A stretch of 64,000 nucleotides of DNA from Mobula hypostoma (taxonomy: Eukaryota): assembly GCF_963921235.1 (NCBI RefSeq), contig NC_086098.1, forward strand, positions 7,874,001 through 7,938,000, read 5' to 3'. Positions within the stretch are counted from its first letter, which is position 1. Every line of letters starts with the position of its first letter. The notes under the pieces were generated by a model. It was not told the origin of the DNA. It ran no database searches and saw only the letters and a list, made by a program, of their open reading frames with translations. Of the stretch, positions 1-12,208 are shown one piece after another. Both the position numbers and the translations under genes were made by a program.

Positions 1-230
1 GGATGTGGAGAGGATGCTTCCTACGGTGGGGGAAGAGTAAGACCAGGTACAGCCTCAGAATAGAGGGATATCCATTTATAGTGAAGATGAGGAAGAATTT
101 CCTTATCCAGAGGGAAATGAATCTGTGGAATTTATTGCTACAGATGGCTGTGGAGACCAAGTCTTTGTGTATAACTAAAGCAGAGGTTGATAGGTTTTTA
201 ATTAGTAAGGGTGTCAAGGGTTACAGAGTG
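1..230 (+). mobile_element. CR1 LINE 3' fragment, degraded; its tail resumes at about 2950-3025
   Basis: ORF 3..242 has YSLRIEGYPF..MRKNFLIQREMNLWNLL, matching the ORF2 C-terminus of other CR1 copies in the window. Confidence 0.8.
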
Positions 231-2070
231 AAGGTTTATTAGAGCAGCTGAGGAAAAAGAAATAATTGATATAGTATATAAATCAAAGAGCAAGAAATCA
301 ACAGATTGGAATGGATATGATATGTATTTAATTAAAAACATCATTGACTATTTTGTGAAACCACTGATTCATATCTGTAATCAGTCTTTGATTGCTGGAA
401 AATGTCCCAATAAAATGAAAATAGCCAAGGTCATTCCAATATACAAAGCTGGAGATAAACATGTATTTTCGAATTATAGACCAGTTTCTTTGCTCTCACA
501 GTTTTCCAAAATATTGGAAAAATATTTGTAAGAAGAGTAAATGATTTCATAACGAAACATAATATACTCTATGAACAGCAATATAGTTTCAGAAAAAAAA
601 CAGAACCACTACAGTAGCATTAATAGATTTTGTAGAAGAAATATCAAATGTTATAGAGAGAAGTGAATACACAGTGGGAATATTCCTTGATCTAAAAAAA
701 AGCATTTGGCACTATTGACCATAAATTATTATTAACAAAATTAGAACGATATGGTATTAGAGGGGTGGCACATGACTGGTTAAGTAGTTATTTGGAAGAC
801 AGGTATTAGTATGTACATATAAACAACTCGAATTCAAAACTTTTGAGGGTAACTTGTGGGGTTCCACAAGGTTCAGTGCTTGGTCCATTGCTGTTCATTT
901 TGTATATAAACGATATATGTATGGTCTCTGAGACATTGAAATGTATATTATTTGCTGATGATACAACTATATTTTGTAGTGGGGAACATCTGAAACAACT
1001 TTTGGATACAGTGGAGAAAGAACTAAAAATTATAAAGAACTGGTTTGATACTAACAAATTATCACTGAATCTAAGTAAAACTAAATTCATAATATTTGGA
1101 AACCATGTACCAAACTCATATAGTAAACTTAGAATAAATGATGTTGAAATTGATAAGGTATTTGAAACTAAATTTTTAGGAGTGGTAATAGATAATAAAT
1201 TAAGCTGGAAGCCACATATAAATTATGTCAAAGCAAAAATGTCAACATCTATTACAATACTGTACAAAGTGCAAGATTTCTTAAATCAGGAATCTTCGTA
1301 TACATTATACTGTTGATTTATAGTTCCATACATGACTTACTGTGTAGCGGTATGGGGAAATACATACAAAACAAATACTAACTCAATTTTTCTACTCCAA
1401 AAGAAAGTCATACGAATTGTAAATAAGACAACTTATTATGAGCCAACCAATCCACTATTTATTCAACTAAACACTTTAAAATTCAGAGATTTCGTAGATT
1501 TTAAAATAACACAAATTATGTATAAAGTAAAAAATGGACAGCTACCACAAAGTATGCAAAGGTTGTTTAAAATGAGAGAAAGTCAACATGATTTGAGAGG
1601 AACATGTATGTTTCAAAACCAAAGGATAAGAACAAATGTAAAGAATCATTATTTTCAGTCAGAGGAGTGAATCTATGGAACAGTTGTGAGAATTTAAAAA
1701 CATGCGCCACTCTTAACAAGTTTAAAAAATTATTTAAAAATAATTTAATGAACAAATATAAAATACATGATTTAAAATGAATGGGAGTAATGTAAATAAA
1801 TGATACTTGGAGTTGGATTTTGTGTTAAAAGATTATGAAATTTTTTGTTTTGATGTAATGATTGATGCCAAATATATTGTTGTATAAGTAAGAGGGGTAG
1901 GCGTAATAAGTGTAGCTTCAGCCCACACCCTTTCGGTCTGTTTTAAAGAACACTTATGTTTTTTGTTGTAATTTTCTCTGATGAAATCATCTTTACGAAA
2001 TCATCGTTGAAAATGATGCTTTTTGTTATGTTTGTACTGACTGAAATAAATTTCATTCATTCATTCATTC
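231..2070 (+). mobile_element. 5'-truncated L2/Crack-type (CR1-group) LINE with disrupted RT
   Basis: ORFs 322..531 (KIAKVIPIYK..NYRPVSLL), 843..1316 ([25 protein letters not shown]) and 1332..1670; AATAAA followed by a (CATT)n tail at about 2045-2070. Confidence 0.8.
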
Positions 2071-2074
2071 AAGG

Positions 2075-2946
2075 TGTTGTGTATTTAATATCTCAATAAT
2101 ATTGTGTGTGTGTATAGAAACATAGAAACATAGAAAATAGGTGCAGGAGTAGGCCATTCGGCCCTTCGAGCCTGCACCGCCATTTATTATGATCATGGCT
2201 GATCATCCAACTCAGAACCCAGCCTTCCCTCCATACCCCCTGACCCCTGTAGCCCCAAGGGCCATATCTAACTTCCTTTTAAACATAGCTAATGAACTGG
2301 CCTCAACAGTTTGCTGTGGCAGAGAATTCCACAGATTCACCACTCTCTGTGTGAAGAAGTTTTTCCTAACCTCGGTCCTAAAAGGCTTCCCCTCTATCCT
2401 CAAACTGTGACCCCTCGTTCTAGACCTCCCCAACATCGGGAACAATCTTCCTGCATCTAGCCTGTCCAATCCCTTTAGGATCTTATACGTTTCAATCAGA
2501 TCCCCCCTCAATCTTCTAAATTCCAACGAGTACAAGCCCAGTTCATCCAGTCTTTCTTCATATGAAAGACCTGCCATCCCAGGAATCAATCTGGTGAACC
2601 TTCTTTGTACTCCCTCTATGGCAAAGATGTCTTTCCTCAGATTAGGGGACCAAAACTGCAAAGTATATATGTACTTTGATTAAGCATTCCTGTTCATTTA
2701 AGTAATTAATTACAGGTTATATGTAAAAATACATAAATTGCATACAGCATCATGTTATGGCATGATATGTACATGCCTCTCTTAAAGTAAATTCAAAGTT
2801 ATACCTGCAGTCCCAGCCTCCCCATGTGTTCCTTTGCATTAATTTAATGTTTTGCAGTTTAAAGTAAACTCAAAGTTAAACCTATATTTCAGACTTCCAA
2901 CAGCTTTAGTGGAATAAGTTTAATGTTTTGAAGTTACAACACATAT
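2075..2946 (+). mobile_element. Probable solo LTR, split by the CR1 at 2114-2661
   Basis: Starts TGTTGTGTATTTAATA; both halves align with the reverse complement of the TG..CA unit at 37084-37318. Confidence 0.5.
2114..2661 (-). mobile_element. CR1 LINE 3' fragment
   Basis: ORF 2212..2661 QFWSPNLRKDIFAIEGVQRRFTRLIPG...FFTQRVVNLWNSLP; (TTTCTATG)n-type tail at about 2114-2135. Confidence 0.92.
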
Positions 2947-2949
2947 AAG

Positions 2950-3025
2950 AAGGAAATAATGAAGTGGTGGATAACATTCGATGGGCTGAATATCCTAATC
3001 CTGCCTCTATGTCTTATGGTATTAA
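2950..3025 (+). mobile_element. CR1 3' UTR/tail, continuation of 1-230
   Basis: GATGGGCTGAAT..CCTAAT..CTATGTCTTATGGT resembles the CR1 tails at about 46680-46727 and 57995-58040. Confidence 0.6.
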
Positions 3026-3189
3026 GGTGGCATCAGCTCTGGAATTAAGGTGAAACAGATGTATGTTAAATCTAGCAATGCAAAAATTTTCTAAAAAACC
3101 ATATACTGCTTCCCAGAATCTGGTAAGACCTTGAAAATTGTTAGCAGCTCTCTTCTGCTTTCATCCTGTTTGGGTAATTGTTGAAGATG

Positions 3190-3715
3190 AGGATGATGTG
3201 GAATGTGTGCCATCCAATTAGCGGGAGGTTTTTTTCTTGGTGAGGGACAATAAGTTTGGTTTCAGGCTCTTGTTCGAGAGGAGATGAAGAGAGAAGACGC
3301 TAGGGAGAACCAGTCATGGCATACGATCCAGTGGGAGACCGGTTTGTTCGAGATGGACTGCAAGCAACGTTCAGAAGGTGGTGAGTGCTTTCATGTTGAC
3401 CAAGGGCTCAGTACAAGTGACAGAGAACTTCAAGATGAGTTCCAACTGGTACACATTTGATTAGAGTTGACTATTTTCTTTTTGTTATTCTTTACTAATC
3501 CTTCAGTTAAGATTCATAAATATAATTCCCTTAAACACATGCAGTGTTCTGTCTGTTATTTCACGGCATTATTTTGTAACAGGGTAGCAAATGACACAGC
3601 ATCCACACAAACCGGGGTTTGGGTGGGATTTAGTGCGCCGTAATCTCTAAAGTTTCGCAGGGCCAGAGGTTGTCTATCCTAGACTTACACGGCCAAGGAA
3701 ACCGGGGTGTTTCAC
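3190..3715 (+). mobile_element. Possible partial solo LTR
   Basis: Non-coding block ending GGGGTGTTTCACA (LTR-like 3' CA end) next to AT-rich flank; 5' TG end and TSD not found. Confidence 0.3.
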
Positions 3716-4339
3716 AATAATCAATTTAAATTCCTGTTTGAATGATCTAGAATATGAATTTGGCAGATAATTAAAAAAAACAGAACTGGTTGTACAGTAC
3801 TTTTGTTGCATCTAGACTCCACAATTACTTAGTGGTAATTTTGGCTTCCTATTACATCACATTCAGATTTATGGTTGTCTTTAACTTACATCCTGTTATA
3901 CTTTATGGTTCCCTGACAGCTGAATCTCCGATGAAAAGCATTTTTTTAAAAGTAAGCTGCCAATTTAAACACAGGAGGCTTCAACCATCTGGCTGACACA
4001 ACTCTTACAGTCCAGCAGTGAAGGGGGAGAAAGGCAACATGGGGTAAAAGTGCAGAACTAAATTTATGGAGGTATTTTAATGGTGTTTTTTTTTTGCATT
4101 ATTGCACTTTGATATTATGTGGTGCCATGTAACCAACCTTCTCCTTCAGCCTTATTACATTTATTGGGACAAACTATCACTAAAACAACACATGGATATT
4201 GGCTTAATAGGGTCCAATAAAAATGCTTTTAAGTTCCAATATCAGTTTGATTATTGTCAAAGTTCACAAGAGTTTCAAGGAGTTCAAAAGACTGAAAAAT
4301 ATTCTGATCACCAAGAGCTGACAAGTATGCAGACAAATA

Positions 4340-4662
4340 TTTTATTTATTGATTTATTTAGCAATGCAGTGTGGAGTCAGCCCTTCGGGCCCTATGAGTC
4401 ATGCTGTTCCAGTAACCCCACAACCCCATTTAATCCAGGCCTAATCACAGAAACAATTCACAATGACCAATTAACCTAACCAGTACGTCTTTGGACTGGG
4501 GGGGGGGGGGGGCGGGAACCAGAGGATCTGGAGAAAACCCACCACATTCCACAGGATGGACGTACAGAGACTCCTAACAGACCAGCGCCAGAAATTTACT
4601 CTGAATGCCACTTCACCCTGAGCTCTAATAGAGTTGCGCTAACTACGATACTGCTGTGGCGC
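4340..4662 (-). mobile_element. V-domain tRNA-derived SINE with CR1-type tail
   Basis: Minus strand has a V-domain-like core, a GGGCCCGAAGGGC-type tail and an (AAAT)n end. Confidence 0.65.
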
Positions 4663-4860
4663 CAAGAGATTTTGGGATGGATGGGAGGAGTCCTTGACAA
4701 TTCTGAGGACTCTGTACATGCAGCACTTCTGGAATATGTCCTGCGTGAGAGAGAAGAGAAAGAACCCGGTGAATCAGCAGTCCTGAAACTCTTGGTGAAT
4801 AGATTGGAGACTATTGTAGCTGCACATCTCCCCCCAGAATTGTCTGTCATCTGTACACAG

Positions 4861-5627
4861 CAGACATCCCACCCTGCAAAAACTCATTTCAGGGAGGTAG
4901 CACCATCAATTTGCGGGAGACTTCCAGGAGAGGTGGGATATCTGCAATAGAGTAGCTCCTTAGCAGCTGGCCAGCTAGTTTAAATAACGTTAACTATGCT
5001 AATGAACGAATGACACCTGTTAAACTCACCTCAAAACGTCTTTTACAGTCTTAACCCACCATGGGCAATAGAAAAGTCACTGTTGCAAACAGTGCAGCGA
5101 GCAACACTGTCATTATTTTGACCCCTATTAGGCAGGGGTACACTTTAGTGTAGTCTGGGGCAATGTACATTTTATATTTTTTTGGAACACTCTGCCATGG
5201 CGCGCTCTCGCTTTCTCTCTCACTTGCTTGCTCTTGCGCTCTCTCTCTCTCGCTTGCTTGCTCTCGCACTCTCTCTCGCTCACTCGCGCTCTTGCTTGCC
5301 TTCTCTCTTGTTCTCTCGCGCTCTCTCTCACTTGCTTTCGCTCTTGTGCTCTCTCTCACTTGCTTTCGCTCTTGCGCTCTCTCTCTCTCGCTTGCTTTCG
5401 CTCTCACTTGCTTTCTCTTCCGCGCTCTCTCTCTCGTTTGTGTGCTCTTGCTCTTCTTTGCGCGTGCGCTCTCTCGTGATCGCTCTCGCTCTCTCTCTTG
5501 CTTTCTCTCGCTCGCTCGCTCTCAAAAAAATTGATTTCCGTGATATTGTATATAATTTGCGGGCATCAGGGAGCCACTATTCATATGCGGGAGAGTCCCG
5601 GAACTTCCGGGAGAGGTGGGATGTCTG
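4861..5627. mobile_element. Non-autonomous DNA transposon (hAT-like MITE)
   Basis: 13-bp perfect TIR CAGACATCCCACC (4861-4873) / GGTGGGATGTCTG (5615-5627); ACACAG on both flanks (4855-4860, 5628-5633); no transposase ORF. Confidence 0.8.
5200..5523. repeat. Degenerate (CT)n/(CTCG)/(CTTG) low-complexity repeat inside the MITE
   Basis: Directly visible; it explains the Leu/Ser/Ala- and Arg/Glu-rich ORFs between 5051 and 5755. Confidence 0.92.
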
Positions 5628-5844
5628 ACACAGTCCTAATGAAGTCCAGGAATGGAGCAGGGGCTCACCAAGATTCCCTGACACTTTCATTGGACAAGCA
5701 GCAGTCCAGTTTTATGTTCCCTCCCATCTCTTCACTAAATAATACTTCATGTTAAATTGAGAATGAATTCTTCATTAAAAACTTAAATGATGTTTGTCTA
5801 GTGGCTCACTTCCTAAATTATGAAATAAACTATTTGTGGTATCT

Positions 5845-5978
5845 CTAACAAGAGAAAATCTGCAGATGCTGGAAATCTGAGCAACACGTCCTGCGGAAAG
5901 GTTTTAGCCTGAAATGTCGACTATACTCTCTTCCATAGATGCTGCCTGGCCTACTGAGCTCCTCCAGCATTTTGTGTG
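5845..5978. mobile_element. Penelope-like (PLE) mini-insertion with inverted end and hammerhead-like remnant
   Basis: 14-bp TSD TATTTGTGGTATCT (5831-5844, 5979-5992); 5847-5887 and 5888-5978 are opposite-orientation pieces of the PLE end seen at 14647-14776. Confidence 0.75.
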
Positions 5979-6003
5979 TATTTGTGGTATCTGAGCTTAT
6001 TAT

Positions 6004-6176
6004 AAACACAAGAGATTCTGCAGATGCTGGAAATCCAGAGCAATGCACACAAACAGTCGCCGTTTTACGCCGAGACTCTTCAACGACCTTTCAAGCATCT
6101 TGACCCAAAATGTCGACTGTTTTTCCTTTCCATGGATGCTGCCTGACCTGCTGAGTTCCTTCAGCATTTTGTTGCT
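6004..6176. mobile_element. Second PLE mini-insertion with the same inverted layout
   Basis: CTGCAGATGCTGGAAAT piece followed by opposite-strand GTCGACTG..GATGCTGCCTGACCTGCTGAGTTCC..AGCATTTTG. Confidence 0.65.
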
Positions 6177-7469
6177 AATCTGTGCCTTTTTAGCTCCCGT
6201 GTTTATTGCTTCGGAGCTTCTGCTGAGAACACTAATTACCTCTACTGGATGACTATAGTAAGTTTAAGACTAGCTTTATTTTTCACATGTACATCAAAAA
6301 TTCTAAATATACAATGAAATGTGTCATCCGCATCAAGAACCAATACTGTAGCTGAATATGAGGAAATGAAAACTTACACTGGTTTTGGGATTTCAATGCA
6401 CTGAAGAAAATAGGCTACCAACCAGGAATATATTTTTAGGCAATATACTTCTCCCATTAACCAGATCTTATACAAGCCACCATTTTCAATTGTCATGAAG
6501 TGTTTATTAGTCTGTATTGCACATCAATATGAATTTTAAATTATATCATTACTGTATTTCAGAAATGTCCCTTTAAATTACAGCAGAAATCCAAAAAAGT
6601 TCTTTCATATTCAAAATATAAAGCCAAAACAATTACCTTTTAAACAATTTTCTATAAAATGGCAATTTAAATTGTTCACAATTTCACTTCTTCAAATATC
6701 ACAGCCAAATTTCTGAATAAATTACGTCTCCGAGGTAAGAGACAATATTTATTCTGGGCTCATTGTTAACTCTAGAAAAATTGCAAAACATGTCAATCAT
6801 CACAGAAAATCCATCTTCGGCTTCATCAGAGGGCAAGGTATGTTAAAATAGATGACATAAGTGAAAAATTGGAAGAAAACTTAAATAATAAGCAGTGTCA
6901 TATGTCATGGCTGTATAAATCTTAAAGAAGTCAAATAAACCTTTCTTAAAAAGTCTACCTTCAGTTCAGAATTGTAATGGAGCACTTCCCAACATTGTAA
7001 TGTTAAACCTGGAAGTATCACTCATGTCAGTAGATCTGATCTCTCCCCATAGCTCAAATTCTCAAAACACCTTTGTTAATCTAATCATAGACTGTTTTAA
7101 TCAAGTCAGAAGAAATGATGCTAACTCCTTTGTAGGGTATGTTCAGACCAATGTCTCTTCCCGTTGAATGAAAGCATTTGCCTTATACTCAGTTCAACCT
7201 TTGTTCCCTTTGGCGACCTGAACTTATTGGGAGCACATTTTTTCGGGAATTCTGGATGGGATTTTCATAATTCTCCCACTATGAAAGTTCATGAACTGAA
7301 AATTGCTTGCAGCAGACACCCAATTTCTCAAGATAGACTTCTGACAGAAAATACTTTCAACTATGAATGGTCATGTATGAAAATGGCACCACAAAGTACA
7401 TTTTCCAACCAGGTAAGTAATAATTTTGTTGGGCTCTGTTCTGTGGAATTTTTTTTTTATTCAGGGCTT

Positions 7470-7722
7470 TTTAATTATTTTATTTAGAGATACAAGATGG
7501 TACCTGGCCCTTCTGGCCCAACGAGACCACTCTATACTTAATACACCTATGTAACCAACTAACCTAATAAACCATACACCTTTGGAATGTGGCAGGGAAC
7601 CGGAGAACACAGAAAAAATCCATGTGGTCACAGGGAGAATGTACAAACTCTTTACAGACAGCAGTAGAAATAGTACCCTGGTCTCTGGCACTGTAAAGTG
7701 ATTGTGCTTACCGCTACACTAC
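7470..7722 (-). mobile_element. V-SINE with CR1-type tail
   Basis: Minus strand TCTGTAAAGAGTTTGTACATTCTCCCTGTGACCACATGG (V domain); tail GGGCCAGAAGGGCC..GTATCTCTAAATAAA. Confidence 0.75.
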
Positions 7723-8417
7723 AAGGTTTTGGAATCCCATTTGAAGCTCTATCACTGAATTGAAATCCCAAGTCCAAGTGCAGTTCTTGTTGCCTCATTA
7801 TAGGAAGGATGTGGATGCTTTAGAGAGGGTGCAGAGGACAATGACAACCACCACTTACAATCCAAAAAGACAATTCAGTAGCTCCATCGGAACGCCAAAG
7901 GGAACTGACAAATTGCTTTGGATTATATAATGGGTGACCTTCAATAATTTCTGGGAGAAACACAGCAACATGGTTTGAAGCAGATTTATACAGAACACCC
8001 CGTAGCTCGATTTATCTCTATTTTTCAGCTGTTGTTACTCAGTTTTATGCAGCAGGAGGAGAAAGGGTTAACTCAGCTTTCCACCAGACATGAGCAGGAA
8101 GGTGATTACCTTCTGACTAGCCACAAAAATGAAAATATGTGCAGAGGCATTGTTTTTGTACTGTCGGGACGAGAGTTCGAAATCAAAAAACCTTTCTTAA
8201 TTTGGAGATTGATTGCAGTGCCAGACCACACAAGTTAAGACATTACGTGCCTCAGGCAAGCTGAGAGAGTGGTTTCATTTCCAAAGTAGAGTGAATAACT
8301 GGTGTGGACTCAACAACAGAGAAACAACTGTCATCTCAGTTAATTCTTTCACATCCTGCTGGGTAATTAACTGATCAGAAATCAAACTGAAATTAAGATT
8401 GTATTAGATCAATATTA

Positions 8418-8735
8418 AAGATTAGTTTTATTTGTCAAATGTACCTCAAAACATTGCAACTTGCAGATGAACTGCATCATTTGTGCCAACGATCAACACA
8501 GTTTGAGAATTGTGCTTGGGGACAGCCCACAGTGTCGCCATGCTTTCGATATCAGCATAGGATGACCGTAATTTACCAACCCTTATAAAATTGTACATCT
8601 TTGGACTATGGGAGGAAACTGAAGCTCCCAGAAGAAACCTGCGCAGTAACAGGGAAAACGTACAAACTCCTTACAGACAGCGGCGGGAATTGAACTCCAA
8701 TCTGTGATTGCTGGTGCTGTAAAGCTCTGCACTAA
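8418..8735 (-). mobile_element. V-SINE with alternative (non-CR1) tail
   Basis: Minus strand TCTGTAAGGAGTTTGTACGTTTTCCCTG..CCTCCCATAGTCCAAAGATGTAC; tail GTACATTTGACAAATAAAACTAATC. Confidence 0.75.
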
Positions 8736-8856
8736 CAAGTAGATTACAGAGAACAGGATACCATAGCTACTGAGACTATCACCTGTAGAAAGCAATTGTC
8801 CATTTGGTGATGAACCAGGTAGAATTGAATGGTAGAGTGCCCCATTGGTGAATATA

Positions 8857-9518
8857 CTTTATACTTTATTGTTGCCAAACAATTGATACTAGAACGTACA
8901 ATCATAACAGCGATATTTGATTCTGCGCTTCCTGCTCCCTGGATTACAGATTCATAGTAAATATTAAAAATTTAAATTATAAATCATAAATAGAAAATAG
9001 AAAAATGGGAAGTAAGATAGTGCAAAAAAACTGAGAGGCAGGTCTGGATATTTGGAGGGTGCGGCCCAGATCCGGGTCAAGATCTGTTCAGCAGTCTTAT
9101 CACAGCTGGAAAGAAGCTGTTCCCAAATCTGGCCGTATGAGTCTTCAAGCTCCTGAGCCTTCTCCCGAAGGGAAGAGGGACGAAAAGTGTGCTGGCTGGG
9201 TGGGTCATGTCCTTGATTATCCTGGTAGCACTGCTCTGACAGCGTGCGGTGTAAAGTGAGTCCAAGGACAGAAGATTGGTTTGTGTGATGTGCTGCGCCG
9301 TGTTCACGATCTTCTGCAGCTTCTTCCACTCTTGGACAGGACAGCTTCCATACCAGGTTGTGATGGACCCTGGAAGAATGCTTTCTACAGTGCAGCTATA
9401 AAAATTAGTGAGGGTTTTAGGGGTCAGGCCAAATTTCTTTAGTTTTCTTAGGAAGTAAAGGGGCTGGTGGGCCTTCTTGGCAGTGGACTCTGCTTGGTTG
9501 GACCAAGTCAGGTCATTT
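8857..9518 (-). mobile_element. Rex1/Babar-type LINE 3' fragment
   Basis: ORF 9077..9538 DLTWS..KKAHQPLYFLRKLKKF..FYSCTVESIL..HPASTLFVPLPFGRR..NSFFPAVIRLLN; TSD GTGAATATA (8848-8856, 9519-9527). Confidence 0.85.
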
Positions 9519-9874
9519 GTGAATATATACAGGATCATAATTACTGTGGCTGGAATTAGCGTTCACACTACCAAACCTACTCCAATCTCAAGATGTAGGG
9601 AAATTTTAATATTTAGGGCATATAGTCCATTTATAGTGGAGATGCTTCTCTGAGACATTAATATAAAATTATAGTCAATCTCAACCAGTCAGATGTCCTC
9701 AACAGCCAAAATGAAAGATTCTGTTTTTAATATTCTCATTGAGAAACTAGAGGTTGTATCTTGACGTACTTGGGACTTGGATACTTGGTTCTCTCAAAAG
9801 GCTCAGACCTGATATGAGTTTTTAGGTGTAGTCAGAAACTTGTAAAGTGGGATAGTGGAAGCAGGGCACACAAC

Positions 9875-11338
9875 TGCAAAGCAGTGAGCACAGCCATATA
9901 CACTACCAACAATCTCCGATTGGGGTTCCATTCCCACTGTTGTCTGTAAGAGGATTGTACATTCTCCTAATGACCACTTGGGTTTACTCCAGTTGCTCTG
10001 GTTTCCTCCTGCATTACAAAGATGTACAGCTGGGGTTAGGACATTGTGGGCATGTTTTGTTGGCACCAGAATCACGGCAACACTTAGAACATAGAACATA
10101 GAATAGTACAGCACAGTACAGGCCCTTCGGCCCACAATGTTGTGCCGACCCTCAAACCCTGCCTCCCATATAAGCCCCACCTTAGATTCCTCCATATACC
10201 TGTCTAGTAGTCTCTTAAACTTCACTAGTGTATCTGCCTCCACCACTGACTCAGGCAGTGCATTCCACGCACCAACCACTCTCTGAGTAAAAAACTTTCC
10301 TCTAATATCCCCCTTGAACTTCCCACCCCTTACCTTAAAGCCATTTCCTCTTGTATTGAGCACTGGTGCCCTGGGGAAGAGGCGCTGGCTATCCACTCTA
10401 TCTATTATTATTTTGTACACCTCTATCATGTCTCCTCTCATCCTCCTTCTCTCCAAAGAGTAAAGCCCTAGCTCCCTTAATCTCTGATCATAATGCATAC
10501 TTTCTAAACCAGGCAGCATCCTGGTAAATCTCCTCTGTACCCTTTCCAATGCTTCCACATCCTTCCTATAGTGAGGTGACCAGAACTGGACACAGTACTC
10601 CAAGTGTGGCCTAACCAGAGTTTTATAGAGCTGCATCATTACTTCGCGACTCTTAAACTCTATCCCTCGACTTATGAAAGCTAGCACTCCATAAGCTTTC
10701 TTAACTACCCTATCCACCTGTGAGGCAACTTTCAGGAATCTGTGGACATGTACCCCGAGATCCCTCTGCTCCTCCACACTACCAAGTATCCTGCCATTTA
10801 CTTTGTACTCTGCCTTGGAGTTTGTCCTTCCAAAGTGCACCACCTCACACTTCTCTGGGTTGAACTCCATCTGCCACTTCTCAGCCCACTTCTGCATCCT
10901 ATCAATGTCTCTCTGCAATCTTCGACAATCCTCTACACCATCTACAACACCACCAACCTTTGTGTTGTCTGCAAACTTGCAACCCTTCTACCCCCACATC
11001 CAGGTTGTTAATAAAAATCACGAAAAGTAGAGGTCCCAGAACAGATCCTTGTGGGACACCACTAGTCACAATCCTCCAATCTGAATGTACTCCCTCCACC
11101 ACCACCCTCTGCCTTCTGCAGGCAAGCCAATTCTGAATCCACCTGGCCAAACTTCCGTGGATCCCATGCCTTCTAACTTTCTGAATAAGTCTACCGTGTG
11201 GAACCTTGTCAAATGCCTTACTAAAATCCATATCCATACACTTGTAGGCACAATCCTCAGACTGTGCTGGTTACTGATGCAAAACGATGCATTTCACTGT
11301 GTATTTCATGTACATGTGGCAAGTAAAGTGATTCTTCC
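9875..11338 (+). mobile_element. V-SINE with alternative tail, split by the CR1 at 10086-11237
   Basis: V domain TGTCTGTAAGAGGATTGTACATTCTCC at about 9941-9967; tail CATTTCACTGTG..GTACATGTGGCAAGTAAAG at about 11290-11328. Confidence 0.7.
10086..11237 (-). mobile_element. Young CR1 subfamily A, 5'-truncated
   Basis: RT motifs [37 protein letters not shown]; (CTATGTT)n tail; TSD ACACTT (10080-10085, 11238-11243). Confidence 0.95.
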
Positions 11339-11900
11339 TTTCATCCTTTCTTTTTTCTAGCTTTCTTTACTCCTTTCCTTCTTTCTTTCACTCACATACG
11401 CACTCACCTGCTTCCCACATGGTTCAGCATTGCTGACTTAACTAACTATGGTCTTAGCTTCCTGCAGGCAAAGTGTTACTTTCCATCAAACAAACACCAA
11501 TAATATTCCAAGTACTCTTAATTGGGCACCTTTAGTGTTGTGACATCAAGAACAGCACTGTGTATGTAAGGAGGCAAGTCTTCCTTTTTCCCCCGACATG
11601 GGAATTTGGATGGTAGAGAGTTTTGATTTTGAACATTTTGGACAATAGTTGCATTATGACAGAAAGAGGATTGTGGCAAGCAGTTACAGATTCCACTTAT
11701 GCTAAATCATTTCTGTTGGACTCGAGTGGATCATTTCACTGACAGCATTCAGGGATATGAACAAATGCTTGCTCAGACAGAGCAAAAGCAATCATTGCTA
11801 TAAAAAGAATGTATGTCCCATAAAATCTGAAGTGTTCAGCATTATTATAGCATGAACTATGGAATATAATTTGTGCCTATTCCTTGATGTAATGGTATAA

Positions 11901-12208
11901 AAGATTAGCTTTACTTGTCACATGTACATCAAAACTTCAAAAAGTACATGAAATATAAAATTTGCATCAACGACAAACACAGTCTGAGAATTGTGACCGC
12001 AAGATTCACCATGCTTCTGGCACCAACAAAGTGCGCACACAACTTACTAAACCTAACCCGTATCAATTTGGAACATGGGAGGAAATCGGAGCACCAGGAG
12101 GAAACCCACGTGGTCATGGGTAGAACTCCTTACAGGCAGCAGCAGGAACTGAACCCAGATCGCTGGTGCTGTGAAGTGTTGCGCTAGCCGCTAGGCTATC
12201 GTGCCACC
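11901..12208 (-). mobile_element. V-SINE with alternative tail
   Basis: Minus-strand tRNA-like head GGTGGCACGATAGCCTAGCGG, V domain CACGTGGGTTTCCTCCTGGTGCTCCGATTTCCTCCCA, tail GATGTACATGTGACAAGTAAAGCTAATC. Confidence 0.8.

Noticed and set aside
4672..4950. 92-aa ORF (..HAALLEYVLRE..)
   Set aside because: It runs into the MITE and matches no family I can support; it may be a decayed LINE scrap.
5051..5755. Several long overlapping ORFs rich in Leu/Ser/Ala or Arg/Glu
   Set aside because: They arise from the CT-rich low-complexity repeat inside the MITE.
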